From: Mobula hypostoma
Lineage: Eukaryota
Direction of reading: 5' to 3'
Assembly: GCF_963921235.1 (NCBI RefSeq)
Contig: NC_086118.1
Span: forward strand, 28,770,001 to 28,834,000
DNA length: 64,000 bases
Of this stretch, positions 1 to 11,545 are shown in pieces. Position 1 is the stretch's first letter; the number at the start of each line of letters is the position of its first letter. Position numbers and translations under genes: made by a program. The notes below the pieces were generated by a model that saw only the letters and a list, made by a program, of their open reading frames with translations, had not been told where the DNA came from and ran no database searches.

Positions 1-99
1 GGGTCTTCTCATTTTAGAAAGGATTCTGAGGCTTAGGAGAGAGAGCCGAAGATACTTAGTGACAAACTGCCCGGATTTGAATGCATGTTCTATAAGGAT

Positions 100-657
100 A
101 GATTGGCAAGTGATGTCACAGGCGGGGCATGGTCATGGCAAGTGGAGGCGGGCTCGAATCAGAGTCGTGGCGTCCCCAAGAACAAGGGATGTCCCAATAT
201 CTGATCGATTTATGTGCCGGGCCAAATGGTGGCAAGGTCCAGGCCACAGAGCAGTCTGGGAGTGAGGAATGACCCAGTGCTTGGACAATTTAAGTGCTAG
301 GCCAGATTGAAAAGGTCAGGGTGTTGGGACCGGTGGAGAGGGCCATTTTTGCTCACTGCTCCGTGATGTTTACTCAGCTCTGCATTGAAGTGAGGCTGCG
401 GCCTGCTCCAGCTGCAACAATGCCCGGCTTCTTGTCTTCCATAAAACTCCAGTTCTGAAAGTTATTTTCTTATTTCTGTTGTTTGCACAAATTGTTTTCT
501 TGTTTTCTCTCTGTGCATTAGGTGTATGACAATCTTCTTTCTTTTTTTAATGGGCTCTTTTGAGATTTCTTTGTCTTACGGCTGCCTGTAAGGAGACGAA
601 TCTCAAGGTTGTATAACGTATACATACTGTGATCATAAATATACTTTGAACTTTGAC
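100..657 (+). mobile_element. Non-autonomous retroelement with Rex/Babar-like 3' tail
   Basis: Ends in CCTGTAAGGAGACGAATCTCAAGGTTGTATA...ATAAATATACTTTGAACTTTGA, a tail shared with copies at ~8140-8220, ~15870-15945, ~34890-34960 and ~50555-50625. The 5' boundary is approximate. Confidence 0.4.
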
Positions 658-879
658 AAACCTGGATTGTTTTCTTTGTAAAGACAGAAGCTGAGGAGAG
701 ACCTGATCAAATTTTATAAAATTATGAGAGGCAAAGGTAGAGTAGATAGTGGAATTTTTCCCCCAGGTTGAAATGTCTAATACTAGAGAGCATGTATTTA
801 AGCTGATTTCTATGTGTGCATGTAGGCAGAGGCAAAGAACAAAGCTAGTGCTTTGTATCCAATGAGTATCCAATGTTAA

Positions 880-1478
880 ATATTAGCCGGCACACACTAC
901 ACTGAGGAGCTCAGCAGATCAGGTAGCATTTATAGAGGGGAATAAGTAGTCAATATTTTGGGCTGAGACTCTTCATCAGGGCTGGAATGGAAGGGGCAAG
1001 ATGTCAGAATAAGAAGGTGGGGCAGGGCAAGAAGTACAGGCTGGCAAGTAAAAGGCAAAAGGAAGGGTGGGTGGGTGGAGGAGACAGGATGAAGTGAGAA
1101 GATGCAAGGTGATAAGTGGAAGAGGGAAAGGGCTGAAGAAGAGGAATCTGATAGGACAGGAGAGTGGACCATGGGGAAGAGGAAGGTAGAGGGTCAGCAG
1201 AGGGAGGTTACGGGCAGGTGAGGGGAAGAGAAGGGGTAAGGGGGAAGCCAGAAATGAGTATGGAAAAAAGAAAGATGTGGGGGTAGAAATTATTGTACAC
1301 TAGAGAATTGATGTTCATGCCATCAGGTTGGAGATTGTTTGTATGGAATACGAGGTGTGGCTCCTCCAACCTGAGCGTGGCCTCAGAGTGGCAGTAGAGG
1401 AGGAGGCCACTGCCTAACCTGCAGATTTGTTTTATGTGTTGCACTGGATTTCCAGCATCCATAGAATACCTTGTGTTT
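880..1478 (-). mobile_element. Penelope-like element 3' end (pseudo-LTR) with short inverted terminal piece
   Basis: Minus-strand ORF 1208-1462 contains EATLRLEEPHLVF...LQPDGMNI, the PLE endonuclease C-terminus. It is followed by a pyrimidine-rich tract and a degenerate CTGATGAAG...CAAAA motif (946-985). 1410-1478 is the same terminus in the opposite orientation. Confidence 0.75.
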
Positions 1479-2002
1479 AAATATTAATTAATAATGTCCA
1501 AGTATCAGTTCCTAACCCAAAACCCTTTTCATATGAAAACATTGAACTGCAAAATGATCTGTGCATCATTTGAAAAGATTCAGGAACACTTTCCATTCTC
1601 TAATTTTGGAGCTGATCCATGAAATCAAAATCTAAACCAGAAAAACAAATACTCTCTGCCCTGGCATTTCCCGTTTTCATAATAGTTTGGACCACATTGA
1701 GAATTTTCTGTAAGGACAGTAGACAGGTAAAAAACTGCAAAATAAAATATCAATCCAGATATTGGTTTGAATTCTCTCAGTTTTATTTTAATATAATGTC
1801 ATTCCTTCAGGTGAGCGAGCTAAACCTCATAACTTGAAAATATTACCCCAATTATATGAGACAAGACAGATAATAAGGCCCACAAAACTATAAACAGCTC
1901 AGAGGATCGTAAGACACTGTTGGCATTGATAATGTAAGATGCTGCAGGCCTGTTTCCCTTGTTTGGTGGCATGACAGATGGCAAGGCAGCAACATAGCCT
2001 CG

Positions 2003-2325
2003 GTAACACAAAATACTCTGCAGATGCTGGGGTCAAAACAACACGCACAACATGCTGGAGGAACTCAGCAGGTCAGGCAGCATCCGTGGAAATGAACAGT
2101 CAATGTTTTGGGCCGAGACCCTTCGTCAGGACTGAAGAGGGAGGGGGCAGGTGCCCTATAAAGAAGGTAGGGGGAGGGTGGGAAGGAATACAAGGTAAAA
2201 GGTGATAGGTGAAACCTGGAGAGAGAGCGGGGTGAAGTACAGAGCTGGGAAGTTGATTGGTGAATCATCCTCCCCCCATCCTCCGACCTGTTGACTTCCT
2301 CCAGTGTGTTGTGCGTGTAGCATAG
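2003..2325 (-). mobile_element. Penelope-like pseudo-LTR with inverted terminal fragment
   Basis: Minus strand reads CAGTCCTGACGAAGGGTCTCGGCCCAAAACATTGACTG...CCTGCTGAGTTCCTCCAGCATGTTGTGCGTGTTG. 2265-2322 repeats the terminus on the plus strand. Confidence 0.75.
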
Positions 2326-2634
2326 CATCAGTTATAGTTAGGGCATGGACTCAAGCCACAGGCTTGCCCTGCTGCTGCAGTACAGGTGAGGAGACACTGG
2401 AGGCAGTGTAGCATAGCATCTGTGCTTGGTTGGAGTCTGGCCTCACCCATTGGTACTGTCCTCCAGTGTTCAATCAGAGGAATGACAGGCTGGAATGCCC
2501 AGAACCGTACTGTCAATTTACGGGACATGTTGCTCAGGGTCTTGGACTATACACGTGTATTTTTCGCGTGACTATGTTTTTTTTGCTCACTATTTTTAAT
2601 ATGCTGTCACAAACAAGAGAAAATCTGCAGATGC

Positions 2635-3263
2635 CAGGGCCCTGGTGAGTATAAGAGCAAAGAGGTCCTTCTGCAGCTGTACAGGGCCCTGGTGAGACCA
2701 CACCTGGAGTACTGTGTGCAGTTTTGCTCTCCAAATTTGAGGAGGGACATTCTTGCCATTGAGGGAGTGCAGCGTAGGTTCACAAGGTTAATTCCCGGGA
2801 TGGCGGGACTGTCATATGTCGAAAGATTGGAGCGACTGGGCTTGTATACTCTGGAATTTAGAAGGCTGAGGGGGATCTTATTGAAACATATAAGATTATT
2901 AAGGGATTGGACACGCTGGAGGCAGGGAGTATGTTCCCGTTGATGGGTGAGTCCAGAACCAGAGGCCACAGTTTAAGAATAAGGGGTAGGCCATTTAGAA
3001 TGGAGTTGAGGGAAAAGCTTTTTCACCCAGAGAGTGGTGGATATACGGAATGCTCTACCCCAGAAGACTGTGGAGGCCAATTCTCTGGATGCTATCAAGA
3101 AAGAGATGGATAGAGCTCTTAAAGGTAGCAAAATCAAAGGTTATGGGGATAAGGCAGGAACTGGATACTGATTGTGGATGATCAGCCATGATCACAGTGA
3201 ATGGCGGTGCTGGCTCGAAGGGCTGAATGGCCTACTCCTGCACCTATTGTCTATTGTCTATTG
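2635..3263 (+). mobile_element. 5'-truncated CR1 LINE (ORF2 C-terminus and 3' UTR) inserted into a PLE pseudo-LTR
   Basis: Translation RPHLEYCVQFCSP...EGVQRRFTRLIPGM...YVERLERLGLYTLEFRRLRG and RTRGHSLRIRG. The tail is (CTATTGT)n at 3244-3263. The PLE terminus is split around it (2605-2634 and 3265 onward). Confidence 0.9.
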
Positions 3264-3264
3264 A

Positions 3265-4640
3265 ATCTAACCAACATTTACAAAATGCAGGAAGAACTCA
3301 GCAGGCTAGGTAGCATCTATGCAAAAGAATAAACAGTTGATGTTCCAGGCTGAGACCCTACATTAGGACAGGAGAAAAATGATGAGAAGTCAGAGTAAGA
3401 AGGTGAAGGGAGGGAAGGAAGGAATACAAGGTAGTAGGTGGTAGGTGAAACCAGGAGAGAGGGCGGGTGAAGTAAAGAGCTGGGAAGTTGATTGGAGAAA
3501 GAGATACAGGGCTGAAGAAGGGGTGATCTAATAGGAGAGGACAGAAGGCCATGGAAGAACGGGAAGGGGAGGAGCACCAGAGGGAGGTGAAGGACAGGTA
3601 AGGAAATAAGGTGAGAGAGGGAAATGGAAATGGGGAATGGTGAAGATTGGTGGTGGTGGGGGGGGGGGGGGCATTACCGGAAGTTTGATAAATCAATGTT
3701 CATGCCACCAAGTTGGAGGCTACCCAGAAGGAATATAAGGTGTTGCTCCTCCAGCCTGAGCGTGGCCTCATCGAGGCAGTAGAGGAGGCCATGGACAGAC
3801 ACGTTAGAATGGGAATGGGAAGTGGAATGAAAATAGGTGGACTCTACCTTAGGCCTCACTGATATACCGGGAGGCCGCACTGGGAGCACCAGACACAGTA
3901 TATGATCCTAACAGACTCGCAGATGAAGTGTCGCCTCACCTGGAAGGACTGTATGGGGCCCTGAATGGTAGTGAGGGATGAGGTGTAGGGGCAGGCGTAG
4001 CACTTGTTCCACTTGCAAGGATACGTGCCAGGAAGGAGATCAGTGGGGAGGGCTGAATGGACAAGGGAGTTGCGTAGGGAGCGATTCCTGTGGAAAGCAG
4101 TAAGTGGAGAGGAGGAAAGATATGCTTGGTGGTGGGATCCCATTGGAGATGGCTGAAGTTATGGAGAATTATGTGCTGGATGCCAAAGCTGGTGGGGTGG
4201 TAGATGTGGACAAGAGGAACCATATCCCTAGGGGGGTGGCGGGAGGTTGGGACGAATACAATGTGCACGAAATGGAAGAGATGCGGCTAAAGGCAGCATT
4301 GATGGTGGTGGAAGGGAAGCCCTTTCCTTTGAAGAAGGAGGACATCTTCTTAGTTCTGGAATGAAAAACCTTACCCTGAGAGCAGATGCAGTGGAGATGG
4401 AGGAATTGAGAGAAGGGGATGGCACTTTTACAAATAACAGGGCAGGAAGAGGTATAGTCCATGTAGCTGTGAGAGTCAGTGGGTTTATTAAAGATATCAA
4501 GAGATAAGCCGTATCCAGAAATAGAGACAGAGAGATCAAGTAAGGGGAGGGAGGTGTCACAAATGGGCCGGGTAAATTTGAGGGCAGGGTGGAAGTTAGA
4601 GGCAAAATTGATGAAGTTGACGAGATCAGCATGGGTCTGT
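3265..4640 (-). mobile_element. Penelope-like retroelement (Neptune-type): RT C-terminus, Cys-rich linker, GIY-YIG endonuclease, pseudo-LTR; frameshifted
   Basis: Minus-strand fragments DYTSSCPVICKSAIPFSQFL (RT thumb), GTYPCKWNKCYACPY (Cys-rich linker), HFICESVRIIYCVWCSQCGL (GIY-YIG start) and EATLRLEEQHLIFLLGSLQLGGMNID. Confidence 0.88.
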
Positions 4641-5310
4641 TGAGTTCATCTGCTGTATCTGGTACTCCTGGTGTGATCTCTTGTATGAGACCTAATGTAG
4701 ATTGGGAGACCATTCTGCAGAGCACCTATGGTCTGCCTACCCGAAAAAGCGGGATCTCCCAGTTGCACTCATTTTAATGCTACTTCCCATTCCCATTCCT
4801 ACATGTCAGTCCATGGCCCCCTCTACTGACGTGTTGAGGCCACACTCAGGTTGGAGAAGCAACCCCTTATATTCCTTCTGGGTAACCTCCAACCTGATGG
4901 CATGAATATTGATTTTTTTGAACTTCTGCTAATGCCCACCTCCGTTCACCATTGCTCATTCCCATTTCTGTCTCTCACCTTATCTCCCTACCTGCCCATC
5001 ACCCCCCCTCTGGTGCTCCTCCCCCTTTCCTGTTTTCGATGGCCTTCTGTCCTTTCCTATCAGATTCCAACTTCTCCAGCCTTTTTTCTCTTTCCCCAAT
5101 CAACTTCTGAGCTCCTTACTTCACCCCGCCCTTTCACCTGGTTTCACTTATCACCAATTACCTTGTATTCCTTCCTTCCCTCCCCCCACCTTCTTACTCT
5201 GACTTCTCATCATTTTTCTCCAGTCCTGATGAAGGGCCGAGGTCCAAAACGTCAACGGTTTACTCTTTTCCACAGATGCTGCCTGGCCTTCTGAGGTCCA
5301 CCAGCATATC
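4641..5310 (+). mobile_element. Inverted copy of PLE endonuclease end and pseudo-LTR
   Basis: Plus-strand RLEKQPLIFLLGNLQPDGMNIDF, followed by a pyrimidine tract and CAGTCCTGATGAAGGGCCGAGGTCCAAAACGTCAACGG at 5221-5258. It mirrors 3290-3930. Confidence 0.85.
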
Positions 5311-6329
5311 GAGTCTGTTGCTTGAAAGTGCTGTGTATGCTTTGCACTTGGCCCCAGAGGAACGTTGCTTTCTTCAGCTGTGTCCATGTATGGTTGAACG
5401 GTGGTCAAACTTGATTTGGTATGATGTGTCTGATCATTTGAAAAATGACAGAGTTAGATGTTGGAGTGGGGAAGGGAATATAATAATAAAAATTGAATCT
5501 TGGACCTGGGGATGGATGCTACAACCACCACCTTCAAGCAAACAGTCAGTTTAATGTTGACCTAAAAGGTGGCAACAACAGCAAATGGAGATCGGAAAGC
5601 AAGAGGATATGGAGGAAGGGGATAGGCAATCTCTAAGGCTGTTCAGCAGAATACAAGGGCACTATGATAAATGCACTTACTGCAATTCTTGGACCTGCAG
5701 AAGGTTTGAGTTTAATAGTGGTTTCCATTTGTCTCATTTGCTGGCTCCATCATCTCTGAATTAGAAGCTTTATATTTCACCCTCTGCCCTTGACCCAAAC
5801 TGGCTTCTCCTTGGGGGAAATTTCACATCCTCTGTGCTGTCTAAAATTGAGAAACTAAACTAAGACTTGTTCTGTTCATAAACGATTGACAGGAATATTT
5901 GAAGTGCAAAGGTTCTCAAAACAGCAAACTATAATCCTACAGCTCTACTAATAAGACTTATTTCTCATTAGTTCAATTAACTACTCCTCTGGGCTTTAGT
6001 ATGCATATTTAATTTACTTAACAAGTGGTGGGTGTACATCAGCAGAGGTTTGTTTTGCTATGACAAATAAAAGAGGTATATTGGGCCCACACCAGGGTGA
6101 ATTCAGGAAAACAAGGTTTAAGTTTTATTCTAACTGTCAATAATTACTACCACATGCACCAAAAGGCAAATGTGAACACCACTGGCTCTACCTGGAGCCA
6201 AGAAAAGGAACGGTGTTTCCACCAAACCATATTAGGTCCGTAAGAAGGTGCCATTTCTGAACCACCAAATTGCATATACTTTTATCTACAATATCTTCTG
6301 GTCTGCACACGCAACTATTCTCCTCTTAA

Positions 6330-6650
6330 CATTTCTATTTTCCCAGCTGAATTCACTTCTGTGAATAGCATAGAAATGGACCTTTTGGCCCACTTACTCT
6401 GCACTGACCATCTCACACTCCTTTGTGCTTTCCCCACGCTAAACCACTTTATTCTCCCCACATTTTCATCATCTCCTCCCAGAAGCTGCCATTCATCTGT
6501 CCACTGGGTCCGAGACTCTTCATCAAGACAGGCCTCGGCTCGTAACGACAACTCTCATTCCTTTCCACAGATACATCCTGACCTGCTGAGTTCTTCCAGC
6601 ATTTTGTGTGTGTTACAGTGGATTTCCAGCATCTACAAAATATCTTGTGA
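6330..6650 (+). mobile_element. Rearranged PLE pseudo-LTR fragment
   Basis: Contains CCTGACCTGCTGAGTTCTTCCAGCATTTTGTGTGTGTT...GATTTCCAGCATCT, preceded by an inverted piece (GGTCCGAGACTCTTCATCAAGAC). Confidence 0.6.
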
Positions 6651-7939
6651 TTGTGACAGCACCAGAAGTCATGATTGAGCCTGTGTCTTTGGGAGCAGTG
6701 ACAAAGAAACTCCACTGGCAGCACCACTGTGCTGCCCTCACATGCATCTTATGTAGCTTCTGTTCTAGCTGTGTGAAATCTTTGAATGCTTCTAATGCCA
6801 AGTTTAGTGTAGTAGTATTTATTTTCCCTCTGCTGGCTCCTGGCGTAGTGTTTCCAACCAGAAGGTTGACTTAGCTCTTGGATTAATACAGAGAGGTTAT
6901 CACGATATGCTGGTATGACGTGGGACGTTGACTTCTATGCCATATGTCTGTCTGACTTCCATTCTTATCCATGCCTGCTGCTTCTTAATGTAGATTCAAT
7001 AATGGTAAAAGTAACCATTATTAACAATTATCTACTATTACCTTTAAAAAATAACTTGTCTATGTTCTGGTACTTGACCAGAACATATGGAAACATATTA
7101 ACTACTGCTGAGGGCACATATCTTACAAAATAATATTTCATTTGTATTATCTCTATTAATGAAAACAATTATAAACTATTTTAATCATCAATGAATAGAA
7201 AATTTGGTAGTCTTGGGGTAAAAAGGCTGTTTTGAAAATTAAACATACAGCCTTGAAAATATTAATTGGAATTCATTTAATGTTATAAATTATAACTTCC
7301 TTTGTACTACACTAAAAATGAATTGCATGAATTGTAGCTAAAATAAACCAATTTTATAAACTATCTTGTTCACCACTTCATGATATCTGTCACCTGGCTG
7401 AGCCTTTATTGACACTATTTTTAATGGCACAATAATTAATAAAAGCAGATACGCTCAGATGACATTGTGAAGTATTTAATCACACAACCCAATTAAAATC
7501 AATCAAATGTTCTACTCTCATTTAGAAAGTTTTCCATACTTAATTCAACTGAATTTATTTTTAAATCATCCGTTAAAAGTGGTTCAGAAGGATAGCAAAA
7601 CTGTATTCTTTGTTGGGTAACTTTGAATAAATACTTTTTCCATGCAGAGCTCAAATGCTTTGGGCTTAACCAATTTACAATTCATAAAAGGAAAATTTGA
7701 TCTGTTTGATGTTGCAAATTTGCAAGAACACCTTTATTTCTGGTTTCTTTCTCGTCTGACCTGGAAGACTTTTAACAGCTTCATTAACTCATGAGGAGGG
7801 GAGGGATTCCCTCAACCCTTGCTAATATAGACCAAGATATATTCTCATTAAATGTTGACTTGAAGCATATGTAAAACTGTTAGCTACCTAACTCAAGGGA
7901 ATACATCCCACGTTGATTAAATCCGATCAAACAGAACTT

Positions 7940-8222
7940 TACTTACTCCATTATTGAACTGTTCCCACAACCTATGGACTCACTTTCAAGGACTCTTTGT
8001 ATAATTTTTTGATACTTCTTGCTTTTTTTTTTCTTTTTATATTTGCATAGTTTTCTGTCTTTTGCACACTGGTTATCCATCCTGTTGGTGTGGTCTTTCA
8101 TTGATCCCAATATGGTTACTGGATTTGTTGAGAATGCCCGCAAGAAAATGCATCTTAGGGTTGCACAGTGTGACATACAGTATATGTACTTTGATAATAA
8201 ATGTACTGTGAACTTTGCATTT
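7940..8222 (+). mobile_element. Rex1/Babar-like LINE 3' UTR fragment
   Basis: CCACAACCTATGGACTCACTTTCAAGGACTC...CAAGAAAATGCATCTTAGGGTTG...ATAAATGTACTGTGAAC matches the 3' UTR that follows the Rex-like ORF end at 56205-56750. Confidence 0.65.
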
Positions 8223-10849
8223 CAAAATGATACATGAATTCACCAATAAATTCTGCACAGTGAGACTGACAGATTTGGAAACTTAGTGGTCTCTTTCGAT
8301 GCTGAAAATTCTTTTGTCCTTGTGGAATATGGCTTTGCGTTTGCTGAACTGGATAAATTAAGCCTGGAAGACATATTGCAGAATGTTTACAGAATCAGGA
8401 GGCTGTGATAGCAAACTGAACAAAATATTCAAATCTTGTTCACTTTGCTTGGGGCTAATATGTGTCTGTAAATATGAGCATTGAAATTGGTATGCATCAC
8501 ACCCTTTATACTGGAACGCTGGAGTGAGGTGGTACAGTGCTTGCTGTCTTAGCACAAGTCCCATTGACCTTTGGTGGAGCCATTTTCTAGGTGCACCTCG
8601 GCTTGATCACGGTATCTCAGACCTTGCTGTGTTATAGCTGCTTGATTAGCTCAGTAAGTTAAATGAGATAATTTTCCAGAAAATAAAACTATTGAATCAG
8701 AAATGCAAAAAATAAAATCACAAAACATGCGGCAGGTCAGGCTCTAAATAAGGAAAGAAAAACAGAATTGGCTATTCAGGATAATAACCTTTCTGTGTTG
8801 GTCTGTCGACAGCATAAATCCTGCTTTGAATAGCTGCCTGACACGACCAGAAGAAATAAACAGTGAATGCTAAAAATTCAGAAACAAAATTACTGGAATC
8901 ACTGATTTTCTGAAATTGATGTTGAATCCAAAATAAACAATACTACTTTATATGCACTCAGAATTCTGGATTTATGGTGTTAGTGGACTGGATCTTTAAT
9001 ACAGGACAGCGAAGACAGGTTTAAGAGATTAAGCAGGATTTGGAGAACGATAGGACACAGACGGGAGAGTCTGAATGAGCAGAGGTTCATAAAGTTGGGA
9101 TTATGGAAAACTGAGGGAGAGAATACTTAAGACCTGCAGTTTAGTTTTGACATGCAAGTTACATCAAGGGGGATATAATGGCAATGCAGCCAAGGAACTG
9201 GGGAGTAGGCTATGAATTAAACCGAAGAAAGTGGTCCCACAGCAGATTATAATACAGATAATAGTAAACAAAAATCAATTTGTAACCATTAATTTCAAAT
9301 CTACTATTAACCTTTGATGACGATTAGCTGATACTCTATATGTACTTTAGACTGATCGCAAAAGCCATTCTTGTTTGCCAATTTGCCAGCTGGCTCTGAA
9401 CAGCTTTACTGATAACACAGTTTTTGTTTTAATGGAGATGACTTAATTTGAAAATTAAAATTCATTAGCATGAATAAATCATGTAACTGATGAAAGATGT
9501 CTAAAAAATTACATGAGTATCAAGGAATTTGCATATGTGGACTGCTGGTCTAAATTGAATTAAGTTGTAGGGAAGCTGTAGTCTGAAAAGGTTTCCCTCT
9601 TTTCTTCAAATAGATTTTGTTGTAGCAATCAAATCATTTCATTTGAACACCATGTATGTTATTATTTTTTGATTGCTTCCTGTATTCATAATTTGAGCAC
9701 TTAAAGGCTTTCTATCATTCTAGTAAGTGCCATGTTTTGATCTGAGCTTGGAAAGATATTAGAACAACTGCATCTGATCTATACCCACCAAATCGCACCC
9801 CACCCAACTCCATTATTAGGGGAATACAACAGAAACACAGAGAGTCCATATTTCTTCAAATTAAGAATCCTTGTCTGTGGTTTTAACTGTGATACTGAAA
9901 TGTAAATAATTCAAACAAGGTCTCACACTCCAGGAGGTCATAACATTTCACATTATTATACTGTACGCTTCGATTTTGATGCATTCCGTGAACAAAGCAA
10001 TCAGTGTCTGCAGACATATCGAGCTGGAGGAAAAAGAAAACAAATTTGATGCAGATTGTTCCAGCAGAAGCCACTGATGATTGAGGTCTGTTAGGAAAGA
10101 CAGAAGTATTCCAGAATATATTTATTTGTCATTCTGAACCAAACATACAGAGTAAAAACATTATCCCCTTAATAGGTATACTCCTCGTTTGAAAACGTTG
10201 ATTCCTGTTGGGAGTACTCAAAGGTCAAGTGGTGGAGTTAGTGTTAATGTATCCAAAGTTCATGAACACTGACACAGAACAATGAGCTCGAGTACTCTGA
10301 TAGTTGGGCATTTGAATTCAAGTGATCAAATCGATGAAGGTTTTGTTAGTATGTAATCGATAAACAGCATATTCATCTGGCTGATTGCCCTTTGGCAAAG
10401 CTCACCTGCCACTCTGGCCTCTTGTGACTCCAGAAACACAGAAATGTTGTCTCTTAAATGCATTCACAAGCTGCTCCATTCTGAAGGAAACAATTAGGGC
10501 TGCACAGCAAGTTTGGGCCTTGCAGTTTTGCCCATATACTGTAAATGAATGAATAAGTAAACATAATACTCATTGTTTCAATGGTCCCTCTTGAAGCACA
10601 CTGCATAAGATTTGATGCCCGGTAAGGTGGTATATGTGTGATCACAGCAAGTATCCTACTGAAAACCTAAAAGTCAATATAGTTAGTAAAGTGTCTATAC
10701 ATAAAAGGAAAATAAAACTAAACAGTAACTTCTTCTGGATACTTTTGTTTAAAGAGAAATGCATTGACTACCTGATACTTATATTTTAAATAAGTATCTA
10801 ACATGAATGACAGCAGTTGTAGACATCATATTGATAACTTCAGTATGAT

Positions 10850-11200
10850 AGAGGAAGAGGCCATTTGGCCCATCATATCTATGCCAACTCACAGAACAAA
10901 CCCATCCTCCATTAATTTTCCCGGTAAATGATTTTCTTTACATTTCCATGAACTTATCCCAGATTCTACTACACCCATAACACCAGAGTGGGTGGTGGAA
11001 GGTTATAGTGCACAATTAACCTTACAACCTGTATATTTTTTGTACATGAGGGAAATCTGGAGCACTAGGGCTGGGTCACAAGGAGAATGTGCAAAAATCA
11101 CACAGACTGAGGAACAGAAAAGAAAGGAAGACTAAAATGGCTCCAGGAATGAATCCCAGTTGCTGGAAGTGAGGGGCAGCAGCTCTGCCACTTTGCTACC
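10850..11200 (-). mobile_element. Degenerate V-SINE (HE1-like)
   Basis: Similar to the reverse complement of the SINEs at 11278-11545 and 23148-23432 (GGTCACAAGGAGAATGTGCAAA). Confidence 0.5.
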
Positions 11201-11277
11201 CATGGGTATTAGTCAAACACTGGCTGACTGCAGCATCGCATTAAATGTGGTCTCAGAACTAGAGCCCTGCAGATCAC

Positions 11278-11545
11278 GGAGTCACACGGTAGCTTAGCAG
11301 TTAGCATAATGCTTTATGCTACCAGCGACCAGGGTTCGATTCCCTCTGCTGCCTGTGAGAAGTTTGTACTTTCTCCCCTTGACCATGTGAGTTTCCTCCC
11401 ACATTCCAAAGATGTACTGGTTGATTAATTGGTCATTGTAGTGGTCCCATGATTAGACTAGGATTAAATTGGAGAATTGCTGGGCGGCATAGCTCGAAGG
11501 GCCGGAAGGCCTAGTCTGCGCTATATGTCAATATATAAATAAATT
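11278..11545 (+). mobile_element. tRNA-derived V-SINE (HE1-like)
   Basis: A-box-like GGTAGCTTAGCAG, B box GGTTCGATTCC, V-domain GTTTGTACTTTCTCCCC...GTTTCCTCCCACATTCCAAAGATGTAC and an (AAAT)n tail. Confidence 0.8.

Noticed and set aside
9958..10050. Strong minus-strand acceptor-like TTTGTTTTCTTTTTCCTCCAG followed by a short open frame
   Set aside because: No good donor site, no recognisable peptide in any frame, and no partner exons found.
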